DNA of 56,718 bases. It comes from an uncultured Verrucomicrobiae bacterium. GTDB lineage: Bacteria; Verrucomicrobiota; Verrucomicrobiia; Opitutales; JABDGR01. Under the pieces are notes generated by a model that did not search any database, was not told the DNA's origin, and saw only the letters and a program-made list of their open reading frames with translations. Position numbers and translations under genes: made by a program. The stretch is from the NCBI GenBank assembly GCA_963765205.1, contig CAVXVB010000010.1, positions 1 through 56,718 of the forward strand. Reading direction: 5' to 3'. Shown one piece after another: positions 35,797-45,681 of this stretch (position 1 is the first letter of the stretch; every line of letters starts with the position of its first letter).

Positions 35797-38700
35797 ATGC
35801 ACTGTCCCAAATGTCATGGCCCGATGACCCGAGGCGAAGGTTTTTGGGTGTGCCTGAAGTGCGGGCACAAGGTAGCGACGCCGTCCGGCGCAACAGTGGA
35901 ATTCGCGGCGGAGTTGGACGCTTGGCCGCATGTGCTGGCCGCGCCGCTGGCCGAGTATGGCCGCGCGGCCACGCCCTACGAGCGCCTGCACCGCCTCACC
36001 GACGCCGTGGAAGTGCTGACCCGTTTTTGCACGACAATTATATTGGCGGATTTGCTTTCCCGCCGGAATGAATTTCCCGAAGACGTGAGGCTGGCGCTCG
36101 CCACCGATCTCGAACGCCCTTCGTTTGGCCGCTGGTGTGGTCTGCTGCGAACGAGTTTGTCGGCGTTGCCCAAGCAAAACTTTGTGGTACCCAAGTTGCC
36201 GGTTTTCGTACAGAAAAATTTGCTTCCTCTGCTTGATGATCTCATCCCGATGCGCAACCAGCTCGCGCACGCCGGCCGCCTCACCGAAAAGCTGGAAAAA
36301 CAATGGAGGGAGGAATGGCCGCCGCGGCTCAAGGAGCTGGTGCATTCGGCGGCGTTTTTTGCGGAGGTTGAAATTGTCGCCGAGCCTGCAGCCGGCGGGA
36401 TTTTTATACTGCGCGGCGTTCCCTCTCCCGGTGAATCGTTTCCGGTTTATGATCTGAAAAAACTCCCGGCGGATGCGCCGTCGCCGCAACCCGATCGGCT
36501 CTTGCTTTGTTGCGGCCCGCGCGCGGTGGATCTTTTCCCGTTGCACGCTTACGGCGACGTGTTTCATTATCTCGATAAAGGGCGTGAGGAAAAGCGTTCC
36601 GCCGGCGGATCACAGGCAACAGACCCACGCGCGTTTTTCGAGCCGGTGCCCGAGGCCTCGCCGTCCGGCTTGCTTTATTTCCGGCGCGGCGAGAAAGATT
36701 ATTTGGAATACACGAGTTTTTCCGCGCAAGCGGCGCACAGCCAGGAGGGTTTCGCCGCTCTCGAAAAATTCAAACAAGTTTTTCGCATTGAAGAATGGCG
36801 GCGCGCGGCGGCGGCGGTCGAGGCACGCCGGGAGTTTGATTTTCGCCCGTGGATGCGCGAATTGCTCGAACTATTAGTGGGACGCGACGCGCAAGTGGAT
36901 CAGGTCAACCAATGGCTCAAAAGCGCGAATGGCGGCTTGTGCTGGCTGCACGGGCATCCGGGGGTGGGGAAGTCGGCTTTCATGGCGGCGATGGCGGATC
37001 GTTTTTTCACCGATGAGCGCAAGGTTTGTAAAATCGTCCATTTCTTCCGGGCCACCGATGCGCGTGGCAACCGCATGAAGTTTCTGGAGAACGCGCTCAC
37101 CACGCTTGGCGCCGCCTTTGGCCGCGCGGAAACTCCCTCCACTGATCCGCGCGAGCGGCAGGATCAGTTCGCCAAACTTTTGCGCGAAACCGCCGCCGCC
37201 GAGCAGGGCAGGCCAGAACGCGAACGCAAGCGCATCATTTTCCTGCTCGACGGCCTGGATGAGGTGGCGCAGAACGACCGGGACTTTGCCGACGTGATTT
37301 TCCAAAACCTCGCACCGGGGGTCGTGTGGGCGTGCGCGGGCCGCGAGGAATTTGAACTAGGAAAGCGGTTTCGCGCGCACCAGGCCCATTTGCCTTTTGG
37401 CGAAAACGGCCTGCCGGCGCTGACCGATGGCGACGTGCGGGAAATTCTCGACCACGAATGCGGGCGGCAGATTTACGAACTCATCGCGCGCGACCGGCCC
37501 GAGACGCCGCCCGGCGGAAACAGCAACCCGTTTCTGGAGGAACTAGTGAAACGCTCCGCGGGCCTGCCGTTGTATTTGCGATTATTGGTGCAGGATATCC
37601 GGGAGGGGCGGCTTTCGTTCAAGGAAGGCCAGGAGAAAAATCTGCCGCATGGGCTGACCAGCTACTACGAGCGTTTGCTGGAACGGTTGCAAATCAGCGA
37701 CGTGTCGGCAGTGCTAACGCCGGTGTTTTGTCTGCTCGCCGTGGCCAAGGCGCCGCTGACTTTTGAGACGGTCAAATTGCTTATGGCTGAAGACCGGCTT
37801 TTGAAACGCCCCGGCGGCGAAAACTTGCTGCGGCGCGCGCTGGACTTTGGCCACCTCATGCTCAAACGCGTGACGATCGCAGAACTGCCCAATGACGCCG
37901 CAGCCGCCACCGAGCCCAAGACCGAAACCGGCTACACGCTCTACCACGAATCCTTCCGCGAGCACCTGCTGCAAAGCGACACGGTGAAAGAAAGCATCGG
38001 CGCCGCCAAGGACGACCTCAGCCAATTCGCCGTGCATTGGGAACAATGGAAAAACCGGTTATTTCCCTTCCGCTACGCCCTCAGATATGGCCCAGCTCAC
38101 CTCATCGAATTGCAACGCTGGGACGAAATCGAAAAACTGCTTACGACCATTTTCTTCCTAGAAGCGAAAAATGAGGCGGGCCTGGTCTTCGACTTGGCGA
38201 AGGATTTCACAAACACCATCAGCGCAATCCCTACTCTCCGACCACATCTTGGCATCTTGAGATTGCTGAACGAAGCTCTTCGTCGAGAAATTCAATTCAT
38301 AGCGCGTCACTCAAAAGACTACCCGCAGGCCTTATTTCAGATAATGTGGAATCTGGGCTGGTGGCATGATTGCCCGAATGTAAAGTCAACACATAATATT
38401 GATATTGAAAAAAGTAAAATAGAGCAATCTAACGCACAGACAATTTTTAATCTACGTGTAATCTTGGAAAATTGGCGTACACAAAAGGAAGCCACCCAGC
38501 CGAACCATTTTTGGGTTCGTGCAAAACATGCGCCAAATATACCGATCGGTGGAGTCCACCTTTCAGTACTACGTGGGCATGAAAATACCGTGCTTAGTGT
38601 AAGTGTCTCAAAGGATGGTAGGATAATTGCCAGTGGGTCGATGGATAAAACCGTAAGAATCTGGGATGCAGAGTCAGGGCGTGAACTGATGATTCTACGT

Positions 38701-40530
38701 GGGCATAATGATTGGGTGGAGTGCGTTGCGTTTTCGCCGAATGGGAAGAGTATCGCCAGTGCGTCTGGACAATGGCTTCTTGAACCTGGAGACAATACAG
38801 TTCGCATTTGGGATCTAGCAACCCGCTGTCAAGTTGCAGTCCTTAAAGGGCATTCAAGAAAAATTAAGAGTGTTGATTTTGCGCCAGACGGCACTATAAT
38901 TGCCACTGCTTCTGAAGATGGCACGATACGGTTGTGGGATGCAGTTACCGGAGAAGAATTTGCGATTCTTCAAGGACATGAAGAGGGTGTGGTGTGTGTA
39001 TGTTTTTCACCAGACGGGACTAAGATCATCAGCGGATCGTCGGACTTTTCGGTGCGAATTTGGGATGTGAAATCTAGGCGACAACTCGCTGTCTTTAAAG
39101 GGCATCAACGCTTAGATAACGCTTTACACTCTGGAATCACGAGCGTAAGTTTTTCTCCAGATGGGACAAAAATTGCTAGTGGATCGGACGATAAAGATAA
39201 CACAATTCGGATTTGGGACGCAGCTTCTCGTCGTCCTCTCACTGTTATTACAGGTCATCAAAATGGAGTTAAAAGCGTCTGTTTTTCGCCGGATGGATCG
39301 AAGCTTGTTAGTGGTTCCTCAGACAATACGGTTCGGGTATGGGATGTGGTGTCCGGCAATCCTGTTTCGATTCTAAAAGGGCATGAAGGCGGAGTAGAGA
39401 GTGTGAGATATTCGCCGGATGGGAGTAGAATCGTAAGTGGGTCGTGGGACAAAACTATACGAATTTGGAACGCTCATTTTGCAGGAGAGTTCGGCGTATC
39501 TGATCTGGAAGATGATTGGGTAGAGGGCCTAAAATATTCACCGGATGAAAAGACGATTGCCTGCGGAGCTAACTCAAGTGTGCTAGTATGCCACACGGAT
39601 TCCGGGAATGTACACTTCGTTACTCGTGGACATGAAGTTGAAGCAAGCAGTATGAGTTTCTCGCCGGACGGGAAGATTTTTGCCAGCGGAACATTGAACT
39701 GTGCCGTGCAGGTATTCAACGTTGCTTCCGGGAAGCTGCTCTTCACTTTAAAAGGACATACTTGGAGGGTTGTAAACGTAATCTTTTCGCCGGATGGAAA
39801 AAAGATTGCCAGCGGTTCTTGGGACAACACTATACGATTGTGGGATGCAGAGTCAGGGAGAGAACTTGCTACCTTTAAAGGGCATCATCATTCGGTTGAC
39901 TGCGTAGCGTTTTCGCCAGACGGGGCGAAGCTTGTAAGTCAGTCAAAGGAAGACCACACAGTACGGTTTTGGGATACAATCACCGGGCAAGAGTTGGTTG
40001 ATCTGATTGGGTTTGGGGACAAGGGGATTGCAAGCCTGAAGTTTTCGCCTGACGGATTGAAACTCGCAATTGTTTCAGAAGCCGACTTAGTGTTGATATG
40101 GGACACAGTGAATTATTGCGAGCATGTAGCCATCAGAAGTATAAGTAGACATGGTATTTCAAGCATCAACTTTTCGCCGGATGGGAGAAAGCTTGCCATT
40201 GGATTTGGAGAAAACTTGTGGCTCGGACAACATGTTTTGGCCGGGGACGGAATGATGAAAGTATACGATGTCGAAAGTGGATTGTGCCTTGAGGTGTTTC
40301 ATGGTGGAGGTGATACACGGGCGATTTCGGCGGGTCCAAATCAATTTCCTTGGCGAGCGATTCGTCAACGAGTTGAAACTGTAATTGAGGACGCAGCGAA
40401 TGGTACTCCTGCGGCCTGGTTCGAAGAAGCAATCGAAAACATTATTACCCATTCCTCAGGTAGGATGTGGACCGGAAAACACGCAAACCACCTTTACCTT
40501 ATCCAGTTAGAAGGCGGGAAAACAGGTTGA
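35797..40530 (+). CDS. NLR-like STAND ATPase #2: Zn ribbon, HEPN-like domain, ATPase, 13 WD40 repeats (1577 aa)
   Basis: CPKC..CLKC at the N-terminus; RNQLAH; Walker A GHPGVGKS, Walker B IFLLDGLDE, GLPLYLR, YTLYHESFREHL; GH...FSPDG...WD repeats. Confidence 0.9.
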   Translation: MHCPKCHGPMTRGEGFWVCLKCGHKVATPSGATVEFAAELDAWPHVLAAPLAEYGRAATPYERLHRLTDAVEVLTRFCTTIILADLLSRRNEFPEDVRLALATDLERPSFGRWCGLLRTSLSALPKQNFVVPKLPVFVQKNLLPLLDDLIPMRNQLAHAGRLTEKLEKQWREEWPPRLKELVHSAAFFAEVEIVAEPAAGGIFILRGVPSPGESFPVYDLKKLPADAPSPQPDRLLLCCGPRAVDLFPLHAYGDVFHYLDKGREEKRSAGGSQATDPRAFFEPVPEASPSGLLYFRRGEKDYLEYTSFSAQAAHSQEGFAALEKFKQVFRIEEWRRAAAAVEARREFDFRPWMRELLELLVGRDAQVDQVNQWLKSANGGLCWLHGHPGVGKSAFMAAMADRFFTDERKVCKIVHFFRATDARGNRMKFLENALTTLGAAFGRAETPSTDPRERQDQFAKLLRETAAAEQGRPERERKRIIFLLDGLDEVAQNDRDFADVIFQNLAPGVVWACAGREEFELGKRFRAHQAHLPFGENGLPALTDGDVREILDHECGRQIYELIARDRPETPPGGNSNPFLEELVKRSAGLPLYLRLLVQDIREGRLSFKEGQEKNLPHGLTSYYERLLERLQISDVSAVLTPVFCLLAVAKAPLTFETVKLLMAEDRLLKRPGGENLLRRALDFGHLMLKRVTIAELPNDAAAATEPKTETGYTLYHESFREHLLQSDTVKESIGAAKDDLSQFAVHWEQWKNRLFPFRYALRYGPAHLIELQRWDEIEKLLTTIFFLEAKNEAGLVFDLAKDFTNTISAIPTLRPHLGILRLLNEALRREIQFIARHSKDYPQALFQIMWNLGWWHDCPNVKSTHNIDIEKSKIEQSNAQTIFNLRVILENWRTQKEATQPNHFWVRAKHAPNIPIGGVHLSVLRGHENTVLSVSVSKDGRIIASGSMDKTVRIWDAESGRELMILRGHNDWVECVAFSPNGKSIASASGQWLLEPGDNTVRIWDLATRCQVAVLKGHSRKIKSVDFAPDGTIIATASEDGTIRLWDAVTGEEFAILQGHEEGVVCVCFSPDGTKIISGSSDFSVRIWDVKSRRQLAVFKGHQRLDNALHSGITSVSFSPDGTKIASGSDDKDNTIRIWDAASRRPLTVITGHQNGVKSVCFSPDGSKLVSGSSDNTVRVWDVVSGNPVSILKGHEGGVESVRYSPDGSRIVSGSWDKTIRIWNAHFAGEFGVSDLEDDWVEGLKYSPDEKTIACGANSSVLVCHTDSGNVHFVTRGHEVEASSMSFSPDGKIFASGTLNCAVQVFNVASGKLLFTLKGHTWRVVNVIFSPDGKKIASGSWDNTIRLWDAESGRELATFKGHHHSVDCVAFSPDGAKLVSQSKEDHTVRFWDTITGQELVDLIGFGDKGIASLKFSPDGLKLAIVSEADLVLIWDTVNYCEHVAIRSISRHGISSINFSPDGRKLAIGFGENLWLGQHVLAGDGMMKVYDVESGLCLEVFHGGGDTRAISAGPNQFPWRAIRQRVETVIEDAANGTPAAWFEEAIENIITHSSGRMWTGKHANHLYLIQLEGGKTG

Positions 40531-40563
40531 TTTTAGAGAACTGTCCTTTTATCACTCATCTTT

Positions 40564-43426
40564 ATGACTTTTACCTTCTGGACGGAATCGACTGCCGCAG
40601 TGGTGGAACCACGTGGACAGCAAACGTTCCAACTGTTGGTTCGCCGGGAGGGTGGACAGCTGGCGTCAAATGTGAAGCTGACGGTGGCCGTGTCCGCCGA
40701 GCCAGAGGGGGCGACATTCAAGGCACCGCGTTTCATTCAAACAAGTGGCAAGGGCATCGCGTCACTTCCTTTGCATGCGGGCGAGACGGTTGGGAAATTC
40801 ATAATTACAGTTTCCGTCGGTAAATGTTGCTGGATAGGAACGCTTTTTGTCACAGCGATTAATATTCCATACGCGCCGAGTTTGAATCTCACCGCACAAC
40901 AGGAGCAACTTCTGCGGATGCTTTATTGGGACAAGCAACGTTTGCAGGTGTTGCGTACTTTTGGCGGTGGGATGAGCGGCAGCGCCGTGCTCCAAGTGCA
41001 GGCAACCGATCTGCACGGGCGCAACGCCAAACAGGTGGTCAAAATCGGTCCGCGCGACGCGATGGGCGAGGAGGGCAAGAACTACCTGGCGCTCGCGGCC
41101 GCACTGCGAGAAAACGCCGCGCGAGTGGAGGCCTACGCCGAGTTTGGCCTGGCCGGCGCCATTGTTTACGCCGACGCCGGGGAGAGCAGCGCGCTTGAAG
41201 CGGTCAAGCCTTTCACCGACTTTTATACGGAACGCGAGCCGGAAGAAATCGCGCAGGCTATATTCGCTGTGTTGGGCCGGGGTCTGCCAAAAGTATATGC
41301 CCAGCACGAGGTCAAGCCGTTCACTCTGGGACAACTGGTGCATAAGTTCATGCCCGAGCACTTGGTGGTTTCTCTCGCGGGCGGACAGGGTGGGTGTGGA
41401 GTTTATCGGACGGGCGAGACACCGAAGCTATCGGCCAAGATCAAAAAACTCACCTCAAAGGATATCGAGCATATTGATCCGAGGGTGGCCAAAAGCGACT
41501 TGATCGTGCTGGCTGGTTTTCGCATCAGCAAAATGCAGGACGGCGATCTGAACCTCGAAGACAGCGCGCAAGAGCGCTACAAAGTCAAGGTTCGCTACGA
41601 CGGCGCGAAGGTGGCGGGTTTCACGTCGGGCGACACCGTGGATATCGTGGCGCGGGTGGTCACGAACCGCGAAGAGCGGATGAAATTCGCCGTGGGCGAT
41701 TGTCTCCAGCGCTTTGGTCTCAAGAGGAACCGCTTTGGATATGAATTGGCGGGTGAGAACTATCCCGATCCTCTGAGCTTGCTTAGCCAAGTTCTCGCCC
41801 AGCCGTGCGACACCGCGCTGGGCATTATTCACGGCGACTTGCACTGGGACAATGTGATGCTGGAATCGCCCTCTAACTGGCGGCTGATTGATTACGGGCT
41901 GACCGGCTCCGGCCCGATTTTATTTGATTATATCAAGCTTGAAACCTATCTGCGACTGAAAGTCTTGTCGAGGGATTCGAGCATCACTCCGACCCAGTTG
42001 CTGGAGTTTGAGCGCGCCCTGGTGAATAATCCCATCGGGCGGCTGGCCGACGCCCCGCCGTTGCCTCCGGTGCTCGCCAAGGCAGCGGACGCGATTCGCA
42101 CGATTCGGCGGCTGGCCCGGCCGTATTTGAGAAACGACTTCTTCGATTACATCCATTTTCTCTTTGCCTATGCTCTCGCCCTGGCGAAGTACTACCCAGC
42201 TCCTGAGCAATGGGAGACAGTCAAAACCGATGCTGCGGGCAAGAAAAAGTGCGAGAATCTGTCGCGTGAGTTTTTTTATGTGCTCGCTCCGGTGCTAGTG
42301 CTCGGGCGGCTGATTAAATGGAACCAGGTTGCGCACCAGCGTCGGGACAAACCGGCGGATTTTCCCCTCTCCTTGCACTTTGTCGGTCATGGGGAGACGC
42401 TGATTCCTAAACCAGACATGGTGTCGCTCGACGTGGGCAATGCCAGCGTACCCGGCGTAATTGACCATCATTTTAAGGGGCTGTCGAAAGATTCATCACC
42501 CCGTTGCACCGCGCAAGTAGTTTGGCAGCAACCCGAACTCGTGAGCCAGCATGTTGGGCTGAACCCTGTTGAAAACGTAACCTGGGTTACCCATACCGGA
42601 CCCGATTTTGACGCCGTTGCTTCCACCTATCTGGCTTGGCACCTGGCCTGCTTCGGATTTTTCCCACCAGGAGCCGCCGAAATTGGCGAAGTATTCCGCG
42701 CTGGTGGATGCAGGAAGCGAATTTCTGGAGACTGTTGCATTTCCTGAACGCACACCCTACGCGTTATTCACTATGCAGCTGAGCGGAGTGGAGGACAAAC
42801 ATCTCAGTCCCAAAGTAACTACTTTGCGCGATATTGAAATGATGCGGCAGGGGTTTCGCATGCTGGATTACTTGTCTGGCCTCGAAGCAACGGGAATCCA
42901 TGCTTTAGACTCGAACCTGGCCCCGCACGAACATGGGTTTTGGAACGTCCTCCTGAACATTCGGCAGGATGAGCTGAAGTTTAAAGAACATGATCTAAAG
43001 CTCGCCCGCCACATTACGGTAAGGTTTTGTCAAAATGACCGCGTCACGGAAGGAAAAGGCTTGGTTTTGCAGTTGCCCCAGGCAAAATTGTTCAAGGCGT
43101 GGGCACGGCGCGACAAGGAGACTGACGTGTTGGTCGTGCACTGGGTGGAATCGCCAAGCATCATCATTAGCGTTCCGCCAACGAGGCCGGGCGCGTTAAG
43201 AGGATTAGGCGCCGCGCTGGAACGCGCGGAAACCCAAAAGCGAATTATTCTCGGCCAGCAACGGCCCGGCCCGCCGCGCTGGCCCGACGTGGACAACAAT
43301 GATCCCTGGTATGACGGACGCAGCCCAACCCACAACTACACAATTGTGGCTGCCCCGCGCGGAGGCAGTGTGCTGGATTTGGAGGCCGTGGTTAATGTTC
43401 TTTCAAAAGAAGTATGGTGGCAATAG
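40564..43426 (+). CDS. Fusion of Ig-like domain, APH/protein-kinase-like phosphotransferase and DHH-like phosphoesterase (~950 aa after correcting a +1 indel at ~42685)
   Basis: GGGMSGSAV Gly loop, VVKIG, IIHGDLHWDNVM, LIDYG; then LDVGN...VIDHH...VTHTGPDFDA. ORFs 40564..42747 and 42608..43426 overlap and join at GAAE-(I/L)AKYSALVDAG. Confidence 0.78.
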
Positions 43427-43453
43427 CCTCTTTTTTACTTCACCCTTCTGCGA

Positions 43454-44401
43454 ATGAGCGCAATTGTAAGCATCGGTCTCAAGTTTCAGCGCGCCGCCCA
43501 TTGGCTGGGGCCGGAGTGGCTTCATCGGGCGCACACGGCTCTCACAGCCCATGAGGACCGCAAGTATTCTGGAGCTGTTGCTGACGGCGCCGCCTGCCTT
43601 GAAAGCGTGCTGAAGGCTTTACTGGTTGCCTGGAATCTGTCCGTGCCGGAAGCGGCCACGCTCGGACCGCTCATTGGCCGCGTTCGTGACAGCGGTCGCG
43701 CGCCTGGCGAATTGCTCGAACGTCTGAACGAAGCGGTTGTAATTCGCAACCGTGCCGTGCATGACCGGCCCGCGAAACTCATCAAAACTCAAGAGGCCGA
43801 CGCCTTCATGCTGCTTAGTGATTTGGGCCTTATAGTCGAATGGAGTTTGGAACTTATCGGCAGTTCGGATGAATACACCCCACAGGAAGCGGTGCCTGTA
43901 TTTTTAAGCGTTGGCACTCCGCATCGGCTTGACCAGGTCCAGTTTCTTTATCTCCTTCGTGAAAAAATGCGTGCACTGGGTGTCGAACTTCGTACCCTAA
44001 CCGCAGCAGTCTTTGACGAAAATAGCCCATTCTACCAATTGGCCGACATCCTTGCGGAATGCCAGGGTGTTTTAGTGGTGGGATTGGAGCGGTCACATGC
44101 ATATACGGTTTTCGAGAAGGAACATTCATTGGAGGAAACCCTACAAAAAGACCGTTATATTCCCACTGCTTGGAACCAAATCGAAGGCAGCATGGCTGCG
44201 GCGTTGAAACTACCCGTGTTGGTTTTGCGTGACAAACGGCTAGTCGAAGAAGGCATTTTTGAGGCGTCAAATCACCGCCATCGTATCTTTGTATTTGATC
44301 TGCATGACCAATGCCGAAACCTGTCTGAGGAATTAAGCGGGTTTCTCGCCGGCTGGGTGCAGTGTGTCCGTGTAGAGATGCCGAAAAAACGCATCGGTTG
44401 A
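43454..44401 (+). CDS. HEPN-like (DUF4145-type) domain fused to a TIR-like/Rossmannoid nucleotide-processing domain
   Basis: AACLESVLK...TLGPLI...IRNRAVHD; C-terminal VFLSVG...ILAECQGVLVVGLER...PTAWNQIEGSMAAALKLPVLVL. Confidence 0.68.
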   Translation: MSAIVSIGLKFQRAAHWLGPEWLHRAHTALTAHEDRKYSGAVADGAACLESVLKALLVAWNLSVPEAATLGPLIGRVRDSGRAPGELLERLNEAVVIRNRAVHDRPAKLIKTQEADAFMLLSDLGLIVEWSLELIGSSDEYTPQEAVPVFLSVGTPHRLDQVQFLYLLREKMRALGVELRTLTAAVFDENSPFYQLADILAECQGVLVVGLERSHAYTVFEKEHSLEETLQKDRYIPTAWNQIEGSMAAALKLPVLVLRDKRLVEEGIFEASNHRHRIFVFDLHDQCRNLSEELSGFLAGWVQCVRVEMPKKRIG

Positions 44402-44495
44402 TGTCACTGACAGTAAGACTGTTGCGACTGGTAGTCGCCCCATTCTGACGGGTGGGTCATTTTGCCACACTTGGCTCAGCGTTTCGATAGATCTC

Positions 44496-44638
44496 TGGAC
44501 TTAAGGGGTGGCTTAAGACCATTACCAGGCAGCTGGCGGCAAAACATTGGTTTGGCCTTGTTTCGGTTGAGTAGATTTTGTAACCACTTGCCGTGGAATC
44601 ACTAACTTCAAATGGCAAAAAGTGTCCGTAAGCCCACG
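44496..44638. repeat. 143-bp direct repeat, copy 1
   Basis: Aligns without gaps to 45539-45681 (offset 1043); 59/63 identity over 44576-44638. Confidence 0.85.
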
Positions 44639-44817
44639 ATTACAAACATTCCATGCCCGTTTCATATTGCCGCTGTAAAGATTCGCTCCACATGAACCAG
44701 GGTTACCCGTTCAAATTTGGGCGGACAAAAAACCGCCGGTTGCTTTCTTTAAAATCCACGTTATCGATCAAGTGTTGAAATTTAACCAACCCGCCTAGCG
44801 ACGGCATTTCTTCGGCC

Positions 44818-45522
44818 ATGTCACCTTTGTCCAGCGCGCTCCGGGCTTATCATGCCGGTGATTTATCCGCGGCGTTCATTATTCGCCGCGACGATGGATT
44901 TGAACGCCGCATCCCGGCGTCGGCCTTTTTCGCCGATGGCGAGCTTCCCCCAATAGAGGCCCAGGCACTTGCGCTATGCAGAGGCCGGATTCTCGATGTT
45001 GGAACGGGAGCTGGAAGGCATTCCCTTAATCTGATCCGAAGGGGCTACGTGGTTACTTCCTTGGAGGTCTTGCCCGAAATGGAGGCCATTCTCCATGACA
45101 GAGGAGTCCGTCGGGTTGTCATATCGGACCTATTCGCATTCAATGGAGAAAGCTTCGATACCCTTCTGCTGTTGATGAACGGTATCGGAATGGTTGGCAC
45201 CCTCGAAGGCCTCAACCGGTTTCTACACCATGCTCACCGGATCGTTGAGCCGAACGGACAAATCCTCTGTGATTCGGTTGACGTGTCCATGACGAACGAC
45301 CCGGTTCATGTAGCCTACCGGCGGCGAAACGTTGAGCGGGGGCGTCCACCAGGTCAGCAGACGTTCACGATGATCCACCAAGCGCTGACTGGAGATGAAT
45401 TCCATTGGCTTCACGTCGACTTTGGATCGCTGGCCGAACATTGCAGGGGCGCGGGTTGGCTTGCGGAGTTGATCGCGCAGAAGCCAAATGGGCATTACCT
45501 CTGCCGTTTGTCAAAAATATGA
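44818..45522 (+). CDS. Class I SAM-dependent methyltransferase
   Basis: GRILDVGTGAGRHSL, FDTLLLLMNGIG, F.WLHVDF; 234 aa. Confidence 0.88.
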   Translation: MSPLSSALRAYHAGDLSAAFIIRRDDGFERRIPASAFFADGELPPIEAQALALCRGRILDVGTGAGRHSLNLIRRGYVVTSLEVLPEMEAILHDRGVRRVVISDLFAFNGESFDTLLLLMNGIGMVGTLEGLNRFLHHAHRIVEPNGQILCDSVDVSMTNDPVHVAYRRRNVERGRPPGQQTFTMIHQALTGDEFHWLHVDFGSLAEHCRGAGWLAELIAQKPNGHYLCRLSKI

Positions 45523-45538
45523 GGATTCGATTGGCTAA

Positions 45539-45681
45539 TGGGCTTAAAGGGTGAACTAAGGTCGTTACCATTACACTTCTGCTAAAGCGCTGATTTATCC
45601 TCGCCACGAAGGGATCGGTTTTGTAACCACTTGACGTGGAATCACTAACTTCAAATGGCAAAAAATGTCCTTAAACCCACG
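45539..45681. repeat. 143-bp direct repeat, copy 2
   Basis: Matches 44496-44638; starts 16 bp after the methyltransferase stop codon. Confidence 0.85.

Noticed and set aside
44412..44460. Short hairpins (ACAGT-aag-ACTGT, GCGACT-ggt-AGTCGC) after the operon as a possible ncRNA or terminator
   Set aside because: Stems of 5-6 bp with no adjacent U tract; too weak to call.
44496..45681. Classical integron attC cassette
   Set aside because: No RYYYAAC...GTTRRRY boundaries and no IntI visible; kept only as an unclassified repeat.
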